DNA of 63,458 bases, filler included, from Chiloscyllium plagiosum (lineage: Eukaryota), in assembly GCF_004010195.1 (NCBI RefSeq). It is 5 parts of one record of this genome, joined end to end, with 100 filler letters (N's around TTAATTAATTAA, not from the genome) between each part and the next. Parts side by side here need not be neighbours in the genome. Positions count along the whole stretch, not along the records: positions 1 to 26,081 come from NC_057715.1; positions 26,182 to 42,815 come from NC_057715.1; 3 more parts are not named here. One strand, written 5' to 3'. Positions 25,557-38,583 of the stretch are shown here, one piece after another. The notes beneath the pieces are model-generated. The model did not search any database. It was not told where the DNA came from and worked only from the letters and a program-made list of their open reading frames with translations. Position numbers and translations under genes: made by a program. Each line of letters starts with the position of its first letter. The first letter of the stretch is position 1.

Positions 25557-27620
25557 TAGAACATAGAACAGAGAACATCACAGCGCAGTACAGGCTCTTC
25601 GTCCCTTGATGTTGCGCCGACCTGTCATACCAATCTGAAGCCCATCTAACCTATACTATTCCATGTATGTCCATATGCTTGTCCAATGACGACTTAAATG
25701 TACTTAAAGTTGGCGAATCTACTACCGTTGCAGGCAAAGCATTCCATACTCTTACTACGCTCGGAGTAAAGAAACTACCTCTGACATCTGTCCTATATCT
25801 ATCGCCTCTCAATTTAAAGCTATGCCCCCTCGTGCTCGCCGTCACCATTCTTGGAAAAAGGCTCTCTCTGTCCACCCTAACTAACCCTCTGATTATCTTA
25901 TGTGTCTCTATTAAGTCACGTCTCAACCTTTTTCTCTCTAATGAAAACAGCCTTAAGTCCCTCAGCCTTTCCTCGTAAGACCTTCCCTCCATACCAGGCA
26001 ACATCCTAGTAAATCTCCTCTGCACCTTTTCCAAAACTTCCACATCCTTCTTATAATGTGGTGACCAGAATTGTATACAATNNNNNNNNNNNNNNNNNNN
26101 NNNNNNNNNNNNNNNNNNNNNNNNNTTAATTAATTAANNNNNNNNNNNNNNNNNNNNNNNNNNNNNNNNNNNNNNNNNNNNCCAACACATGCTGCAAGTT
26201 CACCCACCTTATTCCGGATGCTCCTGGCGTTGAAGTAGAAACACTTCAAACTAACTTCTTGCTTGCCGGTGCCATCTTGCGTCCCTGAAACTCGATTTTG
26301 GACCTCCCTACTCTCAACCTTTTCTATACTTGAACCACAATTTTGGTTCCCATCCCCCTGCTGGATTAGTTTAAACCCACCCCAATAGCCTTAGTGAATT
26401 TCCCCCCCAGGATATTGGTACCCCTCTGGTTCAGATGAAGATCATCCTACTTGTAGAGGTCCCACCTACCCCAGAAAGAGCCCCAATTATCCAAGAATCC
26501 CAAACCCTCCCTCTTGCACCATCCCTGTAGCCATGTGTTCAACTCCTCTCTATTCCTATTCCTTGCCTCACTAGCACATGGCACGGCAACAAACCAGAGA
26601 CAACAACTCTGTTTGTCCTAGCTCTAAGCTTCCATCCTAGCTCCCTGAATTTCTGCCTTAAATCCCCATCTCTCTTCCTACCTATTTCGTTGGTGTCTAT
26701 GTGGACCACGACTTGGGGCTGCTCTCCCTCCCACTTAAGGATCCCCAAAACACGATCAGAGACATCACAAACCCTGGCACCTGGAAGGCAACACACCAAC
26801 CATGAATCTCTCTCGTCGTCACAGAAACTCTTATCTGTCCCCCTAACTATGGAGTCCCCAATGACTACTGCTCTGCTCCTCTTCCCCTTCCTTTCTGAGC
26901 AGCAGGGACAGACTCTGTGCCAGAGCCCTGTACCCCACTGCTTTCCCCTGGTAAGTCCCCCCACCCCCAACAGTATCCAAAATGGTATACTTATTGTTGA
27001 GGGGAATGGCCACAGGGGATCCCTGCACTGTCTGCCGTTTCCCTTTCTGTCCCCTGACTGTAACCCATCTGCCTTTTTCTTGTACCTTAGGAGTGACTAC
27101 TTCCCTGTAACTCCTCTCAATAACCCCCTCTGCCTCCTGAATGATCTGAAGTTCATCCAGCTCCAGCTCCAGTTCCCTAATGCGGTTTTCGAGGAGTTGG
27201 AGTTGAGTGCACTTCCCGCAGATGTAGTCAGCAGGGACACTAGTGGTGACCCTTAACTCCCACATTCTGCACAAGGAACATTCAACTGCCCTAACCTCCA
27301 TTCCCACTATTCTAAATTCCCAAAGAGACTGTTGTAAAAATAAGGAATAAAAAAAACTCGTTATCTTATCAATCTGGCACACAGGTCATTTTGTTTTGGT
27401 TAGAGGAGGTGGCTGGGTGGGAGACACTACCCAAATAGTATTTCGGATAACTCAACCACACAAATATATGATTTCCCACAAGTCCTTCGCTCTTCCCTCG
27501 CACCTCTCGGCAAATGGAGGCCCGACTCCCGAGGTAAGTCCCTTTTAATGCGGGAAAACTCACCCTTCCCGGCAGCCCTCGCTTCACCTCTCCTTCTCTC
27601 CTCGCCGCTCTGGCAAAATG
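25557..27620 (-). mobile_element. Near-full-length CR1 (5' UTR, ORF1, ORF2 end), middle collapsed in a gap
   Basis: ORF1 CxxC...CxxC, coiled coil and SGNH esterase VVIGDSIVRG (27300-26539); ORF2 end LEKVQRRFTRMLPG; (agaacat)n tail. Confidence 0.9.
26082..26181. other. 100-bp artificial gap with six-frame-stop linker (also at 42816, 50451, 59368)
   Basis: 44 N + TTAATTAATTAA + 44 N. Confidence 0.97.
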
Positions 27621-27631
27621 AGATTTGAGAT

Positions 27632-27982
27632 TTGGGCAGCGTGGTGGCTCAATGGTTAGTACTGCTGCCTCACAGTGCCAGGGACCCAGGTTCAATTCCA
27701 GCTGTGGTTGACTGTCTGTGTGGAGTTTGCATATTCTCCCTTTGTCTGTGTGGGTTTCCTCTAGATGCTCTGGTTTCCTTTCACTGTCCAAAGATATGCA
27801 GGTTAGGTGGATTGGCCATGCTAAACTGTATAGTATCCAGGGATGTGTAACTTAGGTGGATTAGCAATGGGAAATGAAAGGTTATAGGGGAAGGGAGTGA
27901 GTCTGGGTGGGATCCTCTTCAGAGACTAGGTGTGAACTTGTTGAGTCAAATGGTCTGTTTCCACATTGTAGGGATTCTATTC
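27632..27982 (+). mobile_element. HE1-type SINE, full length
   Basis: A box tggctcaatgg, B box ggttcaattcc, tail gtagggattctattct. Confidence 0.9.
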
Positions 27983-28552
27983 TATTTCCAGCACCACACT
28001 CTTGGTTATATCAACTACCCTGACCTTAGTTGCTGATGGATTTAACTTGGCTGCTGCTGTATGAGAAGTATTTTGAAAGTTGCCCTGCTTTGTAAAGATG
28101 CTGAAGTTTACAGGGAATGGCTTGTGACATACTTGAAGGGTTTGGGCCCAGACTTTGAAGGCTCTACACAAACTGAGTAGTGCTTGTTTCTAGTCCTCTT
28201 AGACTGTACATCATAGGGTGAAGAAGGAATACAGAACACTAAAAGCTGCTGGAGATTGGGTCAAAGGAGGGTGATGTGTTCTCAGTAGGAGGCTAAAGCT
28301 ACCCAAGAGCATAATCAGAGTGAGCAATAGTGTGTCACCAAGAAGATGCCTTTCCCTGAAATCTTCCACCTCTTGTAGTTTGAGTTGCAAAGTCAAATAG
28401 GATGAGGATGACATAATCAATGAAGGTAACCATAAAGACCTTTTATGTATTGAGCTCCATCCAGGTTGGAGTGGTTACAGTATAACAACTGCTAATCATT
28501 TTGATAGGGAGGTCCCTGAAGCTATTTCTCTAAAGAGAGCTGAATACTTTTC

Positions 28553-28650
28553 ATTCCGAAGGAGAGGCACTGGACTCAAAACATTAACTTTACTTTCTCT
28601 CCATAGATGCTGCCAGACCTGCTGAGTTTCTCCAGCAGTTTTGTCTTTGC
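28553..28650 (+). mobile_element. PLE pLTR fragment
   Basis: gatgctgccagacctgctgagtttctccagca preceded by a decayed hammerhead motif. Confidence 0.75.
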
Positions 28651-28799
28651 TGCCAATACACATTGCAGATATCAATCTTATTCTGTTGACCACCTCTCAA
28701 AGTTTTCAGCTGAGATTTCTGCACCAGAACTCATGTGTAACTTTGTCCTCCAACTAGCTGACATGTGTGTTATCCTTTTTCCCAAGCCATCTTACTCGC

Positions 28800-29136
28800 T
28801 GGGAGAATGGTGGCCTAGTGGTTAGCACTGCTGTCTAACAGTGCCAGGGACCCAGGCTCAATTCCACCCTTAGGTGACTGTCTATGTGGAGTTTACACGT
28901 TCTCCCTATGTCTGTGTGTTTCCATTGGGTATTCTGGTTTTTTCTCACAATCCAAAGATGTACAGCTTAGGTGGATTGGACATGATAGTGTCCAGGCATA
29001 TGCAGGCTAGGTGGGTTAGCCACGGCTAATGTGGAATTACATGGATAGGATTGAGTATGGGTAGGATACTCTTTTGAGGGTCAGTGTTGACTTAATGGAC
29101 TGAATTGTTTCGATCTGCCCTATAGGGATTCTATGA
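28800..29136 (+). mobile_element. HE1-type SINE
   Basis: tggcctagtggttagcactgctg...ggctcaattcc; tail tagggattctatg. Confidence 0.85.
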
Positions 29137-29329
29137 TGAACTTCTTATCAAGTGCCATATTGTGTGATGTTTGACCTTATCCAACCCAGTCCAACAATGG
29201 CACCTCAGCAACATATCCTTCAGCCTGTTAGCTATGCTCCATAGTACAGTATCTAATATGAAACCAGGAATGAGGGATTTTAGATACAAGGAAACAATGG
29301 AGAAATCAAGCTTATTCAATCTGGACAAT

Positions 29330-29706
29330 GGCATCATTGCTAAGTTTGCAGATCCCACAAAGAAAGGTGGAGGCACAGGAAGCATTGAGGAAGTGGGGAG
29401 GTTGTAGAAGGACCTGGACAGGTTAGGAGAGTGGGGAAGGAAGTGGCAGATGGAATATAATCTGGGAATGTGTGAAGGAAGAATAGAGGCATAGACCCAG
29501 ACTGGAGGGATTCCTTCCAATGGAGATAGTGAATGTGGAACTCATTGCGGCAGAAAGCTGTGGAGGCCAAATCACTGAGTGTATTTCAGACAGAGATGGA
29601 TAGATTCTTGATTAGTAAGGGGATCAAGGGTTATGGGGAGAAGGCAGGAGAATGGGGTTGATGAATATATCAGCCATTATTGATTGGGAGCAGACTCAAT
29701 GGGCCA
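29330..29706 (+). mobile_element. Internally deleted CR1 3' fragment
   Basis: IAKFADPTK-like motif followed by the 3' end tcagccatt...gactcaatgggcc. Confidence 0.7.
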
Positions 29707-29724
29707 AAAAAAAAAGATCCTGGG

Positions 29725-32700
29725 TAATCCAAAATGGAGGATGGGAAAACATTGTGGCTGTAAGAGCAGCTCCTTTTTTGAGGTATTTCAGGTGTTGGAG
29801 GTGAATTCCTTGAAGTCCAAGAGCAGCAATTACTGTTTTATATGTTGTTGCATTGTTTTGAAACTTTTGGGAAAAAGGATCAAAACAACAGCACTTTTAA
29901 AAGGAAAAAGACAAGCAAAAGGCAGCAACCACATGGTCAGTGAGACAGAGAGAGAAAGAAACCTACACTGCTAACTAAAACAGCAGTGAATCTGCACAAT
30001 TACTGCCTTTGCTGTTTGAGTTCATGTATCTCTGACATGGGAGTGCATCGAGGAAAAATTAACAAACAGCGAAATTCACAGCTGAACTTGGAGGAACCTG
30101 GATGGGCAAGCTCACAGCACAGGAACAGATAAGTGCATAGTTTTTAAGTGTAACCTTGCCACGTCTACAGTAGTGAGCAGAGTGGGCTCTTTCTTTATCA
30201 TATGTTTCATTGAGATCTATCTCTTGATTACATTTTAAAAATATAAACCATAAGCACTATGTTAGCATGGAGTATTGTTCTTTAGAGCAAAAGACAGTGC
30301 TATTTCCTGGGTAAAAGGAGCAAAAATGGCCTTTAGTAGAGTGACATGCTCTTCCTGTCGGATGTGAGAGTTTAGGGAGAGTTTCCATGTTACTGATGAT
30401 TACGTCTGCAGGAAATGTCTTTGGTTGTGAATCCTGTCAGATTGCATGGATCAATTGGAGGGACAGTTAGAGGCAAAAAGGAATTTACAAGAGCTGGGGG
30501 TATGATGGATGGTGGTTATAGGAAGGGATAAAAGCGGCAGATACAGTCAGGTGGATGGGTTAGCTCCAGGAAAGGTGGGAGGGGTCGGCAGGTAGTGCAG
30601 GAGTGTTCTGTGGCTATCCCCATCTCAAACAAGTATGCTGTTTTGGAAAATGTAGGGGGTGATGGACTTTCAAGGGAATGTAGCACGGACAGCCAAGTTT
30701 CTGGTATCGAGACCGGCTCTAATGTAATGAGGAGTATGTCAGATTCCAAATGATTGATTGTATTAGGGGACTCTCTAGTCAGAGGCACAGACAGATGTTT
30801 CTGTGGCCAGCAGCGAAAAAGCAGAATGGTGTGTTGCCTCGCTGGTGCCAGGGTCAAGTATGGCTCAGAGAGGGTGCAGAATGTTCTCAAAGGGGAGAGG
30901 GAAGTCAGGAAGTCATTATACACAATGGAACTAATGACATAGGAAGGAAAATGGATGGGATTATAAAGGGAGAATATAGAAATTTAGGCAGGAATTATAA
31001 AAGGAGGCCCTCAAGGGTAATAATATCTGGATTACTCCCAGTGCTCCGAGCAAGTGAGGGCAGGAATAGGAGGATAAAGCAAGTGAATGTGTGGAGGAAG
31101 TGAGGACTGCAGATGCTGGAGATCGGAATCCCTATCTGCATTCCTTAAAGACCATTCCCTCCACAACTCTCTTGTCAGGTCCATGTGCCCCACCAACCCA
31201 TCCTCCCCTCCCGGCACCTTCCCCTGCCACCATAAGAAAAGCAAAAATGCACCCGCACCTCTCCCCTCACCTCCGTCTAAGGCCCCAAAGGAGCTTTCCA
31301 CATCCTTAGAGATGGGACCAGGGAGATAGTGAAGAAAGAGATCGATCTGAGACTGGTACAGTTGGGAAAGGGGGCAAGTCAAACAGTCAGGGCAGGCAGG
31401 AATAAAGCAGAGAACAATGTAGGACTGAAAAATTAAACTGCATTTCTTCAATGCAAGAGGCCTAACAAGGAAGGCAAGTGAACTCAGGGCATGGTTAGGG
31501 ACATGGAACTGGGATATCATAGCAATTGAAGAAAAAGACTCAGGGATGGACAGGACTGGCAGCAGGTTAATGTTCCAGGACACAAGTGTGATGGGAAGGA
31601 TAGAAAGTGGGGCAAGAAAGGAGGGGGAGTGGCATTTTTGGTAAGAGTTAGCATGACTGCTGTGCTTAGGAAGGATATTCCTGGGAATACATCCAGGGAA
31701 GTTATTTGGGTAGAACTAAGAAATAAGAAAGGGATTATCACCTTATTGGCATTGTATAATAGATCCTTGAACAGTCAGCGGGAAATTCAGAAACAAATTT
31801 GTAAGGAGATCTCAGTTATCTGTAGGAATAATAGGGTGGTTACGGTAGGGGATTTTAACTTTCCAAACATAAACTGGGACTGCCATGCTATTAAGAGTTT
31901 AGCTGGAGAAGAATTTGTTAAGTGTGTACAAGACAATTTTCTGATTCAGTATGTGGATGTACCGACTAGAGAAGGTGCAAAACGTGACCTACTCTTGGGA
32001 AATAAGGCAGGGCAGGTGACTGAGCTATCAGTGGGAGAGCACTTTGGGGCCAGGGACAATAATTCCATTAGTTTTAAAATTGTGGTGGAAAAGGATGGAA
32101 TGATCTAAAAGTTGAAGATTAAAACTGGCGGAAGGCTAATTTTGATGGGTATTTGGCAAGAACTTTCAAAAGCTGACTGGGGGCAGATGTTCACAGGTAA
32201 AGTGACAGCTGGAAAATGGGAAGCCTTCAAAAATGGGATAACGCAAGTCCAGAGACAATATATTTCAGTTAGGGTGAAAGGAAAAGCTGGCATGTGTAGG
32301 GAAAGCTGGATGACTACAGAAATTGAGGTTATGGTTAAGAAAAAGAAGGAAACACATGTCAGGAAAAGACAGGAGAAATCAAATGAATCCTTAGAAGAGT
32401 ACAAAGGCAGTAGGAGTATACTTAAGCGGGAAATCAGGAGGCCAAAAAGGGGACATGAGATAGCTTTGGCAAATAGGGTTAAGGAGAATCCAGAGGGATT
32501 ATGTAAATACATTAAGGAGTAACTAGGGAGAGAATACGGCCCCTCAAAGATCAGCAAGGTGGCCTTTGTGTGGAGCCACAGGAGATGGGAAAATACTAAA
32601 TGAGTATTTTGCATCAGTGTTTATGTGGAGAAGGACATGGAAGATACAGAATGTGGGGAATTAGATGGTGACATCTTGAAAAATGTCCATATTACAAATG

Positions 32701-34311
32701 GGGAGGTGCTGGATGTCTTGAAACACATAAAACTAGATAAATCCCCAAGACCTGATCAGGTGTACCCGAGAATTCTGTGGGAAGCTAAGGAAGTGATTGC
32801 TAGACCCCTTGCTGAGATATTTGTATCATCGATAGTCACAGGTAGGGTGCCAGAAATCTGGAGTTTGGCTAATGTGGTGTCGCTATTTAAGAAAGGTAGT
32901 GAGGAAAAGGCAGGGAACTATAGACCGATAAGCCTGACATTGGTGGTGGCCAAGTTGTTGGAGGGAATCTTGAGGGACAGGATGTATATATATTTGGAAA
33001 GGCAAGGACTGATTGGGGATAGTCAACCTGGCTTTGTGTGTGGGAAATCATGTCTCACGAACTTGATTGAGTTATTTGAAGAAGTAACAAAGAGGATTGA
33101 TGAGGGCAGAGCTGTGGACATGATCTATATGGACTTCAGTGAGGCATTCAATAATGTTCCTGATGGGAGACTGGTTAACAAGGTTACATTTCATGGAATA
33201 TAGGGAGAATTTGAATACAGAACTTACTAAAAGGTAGAAGACAGATGGTGGTGGTGGAGGGTTGTTTTTTCAGACTGGAGGCCTGTGACCAGTGGTGTGC
33301 CACAAGGATCGGTGCTGGGTCCACTGCTTTTTGTCATTTATATAAATGATTTGGATGTGAACATAGGAGGTGTAGTTAGTAAGTTTGCAGATGACACCAA
33401 CATTGGAAGTGTAGTGGACAGCGAAGAAGATTACCTTAGAGTGCAACGGGACCTTGATCAGATGGGCCAATGGGCCGAGTGGTGGCAGATGGAGTTTAAT
33501 TTAGATAAATGTGAGGTTTTGCATTTTGGGAAAGCAAATCTTAGCAGGATTTATACACTTAATGGTAAGGTCCTGGGGAGTGTTGCTGAACAAAGAGACC
33601 TTGGAGTGCAGGTTCATAGTTTCTTGAAAGTAGAGTCGCAGGTAGATAGGATCATGAAGAAGGCGTTTAGTATGTTTTCCTTAATTAATCACAGCATTGA
33701 GTACAGGAGTTGGGAGATCATGTTGCAGCTGTACAGGACATTGATTAGGCCACTTTTAGAACATTGCATGCAATTCTGGTCTCCTTCCTATCGGAAAGAT
33801 GTTGTGAAACTTGCAAGGGTTCAGGAAAGATTTACAAGGATGTTGCCAGCATTGGATAATTTGAGCTGCAGGGGGAGGTTGAATAGGCTGGGGATGTTTT
33901 CCCTGGAGCATCAGAGGCTGAGGGGCGACCTTATAAAGGTTTATAAAATCATGAGGAGCATGGATAGGATAAATAGACAAAGTATTTTCCCTGGGGTGGG
34001 GGAGCACAGAAAGAGAGGGCATAAGTTTAGGGTGAGAGGGGCAAGATATAAAAGAGACCTAAGGGTCAACTTTTTCACACAGAGGGTGCTATGTGTATGG
34101 AATGAGCTGCCAGAGGAAGTGGTGGAGGCTGGTACAATTGCAACATTTAAAAGGCATTTGGATGGGTATGTGAATAGGTAGGGTTTGGAGGGATGTGGGC
34201 CGGGTGCTGGCAGGTGGGACTAGATTGGGTTGGGATATCTGGTCGGCATGGACGGGTTGGACCGAATAGTTTGTTTCCATGCTGTATATCTCGGTGACTC
34301 TATGACTCTAT
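29725..34311 (+). mobile_element. Full-length degenerate CR1 LINE (5' UTR, ORF1 zinc finger/esterase, ORF2 APE-RT)
   Basis: ORF1 from ~30326 (IVLGDSLVRG); ORF2 APE motif VGDFNFP and RT motifs GVPQGSVLGPLLF, KFADDT; several frameshifts and stops; (tgactcta)n tail. Confidence 0.95.
31094..31305. mobile_element. Neptune-type PLE fragment replacing the end of CR1 ORF1
   Basis: Inverted pLTR tip gtgaggactgcagatgctggagat followed by AFLKDHSLHNSLVRS...PGTFPC linker region. Confidence 0.8.
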
Positions 34312-34412
34312 ACGTGCTTGCAAATGGAATTAGATTAGGTTAGGATATCTGGTTGTCATGGGTGAGTTGGACCGAAGGGTCTGTTTCTGTGCTGTCCATC
34401 TCTATGACTCTA
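34312..34412 (+). mobile_element. Second CR1 3' UTR copy in tandem
   Basis: Repeats tagatt...ggatatctggt...ttggaccgaagggtctgtttc...ctatgactct. Confidence 0.85.
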
Positions 34413-34454
34413 ATTGGACTAATCCTGCACCTATATCTTCTTGTCTTCTTGTAT

Positions 34455-34853
34455 TATTCTTCTGAGAACACAGAAGATTCAGAGGTAACCTAACTGAGGT
34501 GTTCAAAATTATGAACAATTTTGACAGGGTAAAGAAGGGTACCTGTTTCTATTACTTGGTATGTCAGTAACCAGGGGTCACAATTTCAAGATTGTCAGCA
34601 AGGGGGCTAGGAAATGAGGAGAAACTTCTTTACTCAGAGAGTTATTAAGATTTGGAATGCACTGCTTGGAAGTGTGGTGAAAATAGGTTCCATAGTAAGT
34701 TTCAAAAGACAGCTGGTTATTTTTTGAAAGTGATGAATTTAGAGTGATATGGGGAGAGGGCTGGAGAATGCGACTCGTGGGTCACTCTTTCAGGAGCCAG
34801 TATAGACATGAAGGGCCAAATGGCCTCATTCTGTACTGTAACATTCTATGATT
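34455..34853 (+). mobile_element. Old CR1 3' fragment
   Basis: RGNLTEVFKIM-like sequence; tail gggccaaatggcctcattctgtactgta. Confidence 0.8.
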
Positions 34854-35689
34854 TTAAAAGAAACATAAAGATTGTGTAGCTTTCATTGCAATAGAAAATA
34901 AACACCATAACACAAACAATCTGTAAAATGATCACTTCCACAGAAGTGTACAAGTTTTGAAGATTTTATTAAAGTGCATCAGTCAAATTCAGTGTAGCTG
35001 TCAGAAAGTCAATCCACATATAATTGTAAAATCACATTCCTTCAATCAGGTGCAGTGAATATTAAACCAACTTTTACCTTAAAAGCATTTCGTCAGTCAG
35101 TAGTTACTGTAGCCACCATAACCGACTCTTGTTATATGATATCGATCGGGGTGTGGGGTCAAATGGGGAATGGCACTAAGAGTATTTAATTGCTTATTTT
35201 CTGACCTCTACTGGTTTCTTTTTCTCTCACCATATGGTGTTTGGGAGAAATCCTGTCAATGTACATTTGTGCCAAGTGCATAATTTGCAGCCTCCAAGGA
35301 GAATATGGGGAAAATAAATGCATTAATTCTTTGATAAGTGGGTGATTGAAGTTTTCCTATATTGTACATATTCAGAATAGAACTTCAAACAACCTTGCTC
35401 CCTGATGTATTGTACCAAAGTATCTGAGATAGAATTGGAAGATTTTACTATTACAGTTTCAGTAATTTACTCATATATCTGTGTGCTTTTATGTTGCATT
35501 GACACTAGTTCAACATTAAGGTTCAGACTAATAGAATTATTAAGAATCAACATAGTCAGTTTGTTGGGCACTGTTTATTTAAAGTTTATTATTGGCTACA
35601 AAGATTTGAATACACAATCTATTGGATATTCACAAGGAAACAGAACTAGCATTGGTTCACTAGACAGGCCTTTGAATGTGAAAGGTCTG

Positions 35690-35925
35690 TGTTTCAGACC
35701 CAGTCCAGAGATTCAACACTTAATGTCAGCAACATTCCCAGCTGCAATACTTATGGTGGGCATCATTATCTGAAACAGTCTTTCTCACAGCCCAGATGCC
35801 AGGACACCACACAAGAGCGAAAGGGAAGTTCTCCAAATATCCTCGTCAATATTTATCTTTCAACCAGCATCACTAAAGAGGTTATGTGGTTAGCTTTATA
35901 CTTCTGTTTGTGGGAACTTGAGTCA
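35690..35925 (+). mobile_element. Deu-domain SINE (SacSINE1/AmnSINE-like), decayed
   Basis: gttctcc...tcctcgtcaatatttatctttcaaccagcatcactaa...ctgtttgtgggaacttg recalls the Deu domain. Confidence 0.65.
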
Positions 35926-37181
35926 AGCTGGCGACAGTAGTAAATATAACAAGAGGAAAAATCCATGAATGATTCAACATGTTGTGCATATAGGTCAAAG
36001 CAGTTCTCTCCATTATGACACTAAAAAACACAATGTGCCATCCTGCATCTCTACTTGCCAATTAGAAGAAATATGCTGAAACTGCAAATGTCAAGTTAGG
36101 AGATCAGGTTTATACCGCAAGTCTTACAGAGCAACTTTACTGTAGAATGATGAATTGAGATCTGCAGCTTTTACATCCCTTGTTCTTGACTCTCTGATAT
36201 GCTGCCAGATTGAAAACACCACACTGATTACTTGAATCTTTACGGATTGTAATGGGCTGTCAAAGATGTAGTCACAATTTCATATTTACCACAAACATCC
36301 CCGAAAGAATTAAACCCACATGAGCCAGTCAACTAGTTGTCTAACTGATAATTAACAAGAATGCTCCCTCACTGAAGTAAATATATAGTGCTTAATAGAG
36401 CTACAATTCTACTGAACATTAGACCCATAAAATATTGTCACACTTCATTAGCATTTTACATTTTTCATCTTTTAGATCAAGCATGCAGGTAAAGCTCCAC
36501 TTTGCTTCAAATATATATTTGCTTTTTACAACTCCTTGCTAAATATATTTTTATGTCTGTGTGATGAACTGAATAAAAAAAACCTTACCAAATGCAATTT
36601 TTTTTGAGTTGTCTTAGTTGGCTTCTGAGAATTTAACTGTATGGAACAAATCACTGAAAGTGATTTATTGCTGTAGAAAAGCTATGTGCTATTAATTCAT
36701 GGTCATTAGAAACTAGGCTTGGATTGCCTGAATCCATTTTGCTTAAGACTGTCATCAATGAGGAGACTTCTATCAATTTGGCAGGCTGTGTCACAGGCCA
36801 ACTGCATGAGGTAAAAGACCAGATGCTTTGTCACTAGCCAATCCCTTCCACATCTGAGATTATTGAATTTGCAACACATTTCCTTCACCACAGGGAGAAT
36901 GTCAATTATATAGTTGACAACTGAAAGAAAATAAAAGCTGTACTTCCCTTTTCCCATCAGCATAGACAACCATTTCCAAGCACAGAGACGTGATTTGGAG
37001 ATCCTAAGGTCATCTCAAAAATTGTAGTTATTGAAACAGCAAAATCTCCAACCCAGTATTGTTTTAAAGATTCAAATATTTTGTGTGGTTATTTTCACCA
37101 AAACATTTTATAGTTAAAGTTGTCCATTTTTGGTCTGATTTTATAAGTGTATAACTGCAGGCAAATTCAGTGGCCAGTTTT

Positions 37182-37475
37182 CATAGAATCCCTACATTTG
37201 GAAGGAGGCAATTTTGCCCATTGAGTCCAAACCGACCCTCTAAAGATCCTCCCACTGAGACCAGGCCCCATACCCCATAAGCCTGCACTTTCCATAGCTA
37301 ACCCACCAAACCTGCACATCTCTGGACTGTGGGAGGAAACCAGTGCACTCGAAGGAAACCTACATAGACAGGGGGAGAACATACAAATGCTGCACAGTCA
37401 CCCGAGGCTGAAATTCAACCCATGTCCCTGGCATTGTGAGGCAGCATTGCTAACCACTGAGCCACCGTGCCACCC
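37182..37475 (-). mobile_element. HE1-type SINE
   Basis: Reverse-complement head ggggtggcacggtggctcagtggttagc. Confidence 0.9.
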
Positions 37476-37874
37476 CAGTTACTGGCTGCAAGCTTTACCT
37501 GCAAACTGTTCTGCTTGTATTTACTTTCCCCTACAATGTGGTTTATAGCCACATCTCTAACCAGATTGCTGAGTTTTTTTTTGTGTTATGAATTGATATC
37601 CCTCTAAATGACATTTTACAACTCAGTAATGCTTATGAGTTATTGTGCAAAAGCTGGCAATATGAAAGTTATTCTGTAAATACCATTGAAAAAATATCAA
37701 TCTTATAAAAAATAGTGTTATCTTCTAGTCATATGTGGCAAAATTGTTTTAGAGTGAATTCAGATCAATTGAACCTAAATGCAGCAGGTCCCACCATTTC
37801 ATTTATCTCTATAATTGATGATACAATCATTGATGGTCAGTCAGCATGGAAGCTAAAAGAATATTCAGTTACTG

Positions 37875-38100
37875 GTCATGAATTAATTCATCAAGTCATC
37901 AAGTCACCCTTTACTTATATGTGGGAAGTCCTTGACACTGGACCAGCTTACTCAGAGCCAACTCTCAGAATGAACAGGAACTCTGACACTCCTGTTTATA
38001 TCTGTCAGCCAGGGCTCCCTGATTGGACAGATTAACAACTCCGATCAGGGAACACATTTTTCATGAGGTCCACCTGCCTGACCTCGTTACAATCACTACA
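37875..38100 (-). mobile_element. Putative solo LTR
   Basis: Minus strand starts TGTAGTG and has CCAAT, GATATAAA and AGTAAA in the expected LTR order; 3' end uncertain. Confidence 0.5.
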
Positions 38101-38583
38101 TTGTTGTGGTTCTGTTTGCCGAGCTGGGACTTTGTGTTGCAGACGTTTCGTCCCCTGTCTAGGTGACATCCTCAGTGCTTGGGAGCCTCCTGTGAAGCGC
38201 TTCTGTGATCTTTCCTCCAGCATTTGTAGTGGTTTGAATCTGCTGTTTCCGGTTGTCAGTTCCAGCTGTCCATTGCAGTGGTCGGTATATTGGGTCCAGG
38301 TCGATGTGCTTATTGATTGAATCTGTGGATGAGTGCCATGCCTCTAGGAATTCCCAATATACCGACCACTGCAACGGACAGCTGGAACTGACAACCGGAA
38401 GCGGCAGATTCAAACCACTACAAATGCTGGAGGAAAGATCACAGAAGTGCTTCACAGGAGGCTCACCAACACTGGGGATGTCACCTAGACAGGGGACAAA
38501 ACGTCTGCAACAAAAATTCCCAGCTCGGCGAACAGAACCACAACAACGAGCACCCGAGCTACAAATCTTCTCACAAACTTTGA
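38101..38583. mobile_element. Poseidon-type PLE fold-back insertion
   Basis: ~190-bp arms 38101-38293 and 38353-38546; loop encodes (minus strand) EFLEAWHSSTDSINKHIDLDPIY, a GIY-YIG C-terminus; 12-bp TSD acaatcactaca at 38089-38100 and 38584-38595. Confidence 0.92.
38139..38178 (-). ncRNA. Minimal hammerhead ribozyme motif, intact core
   Basis: gca CTGAGGA t gtcacct agac aggggac GAAA cg TC tgc: stem I gca/tgc; 7-bp stem II with one mismatch. Confidence 0.75.

Noticed and set aside
27632..27705. tRNA-like sequences with A and B boxes
   Set aside because: These are SINE heads followed by a SINE body, not tRNA genes.
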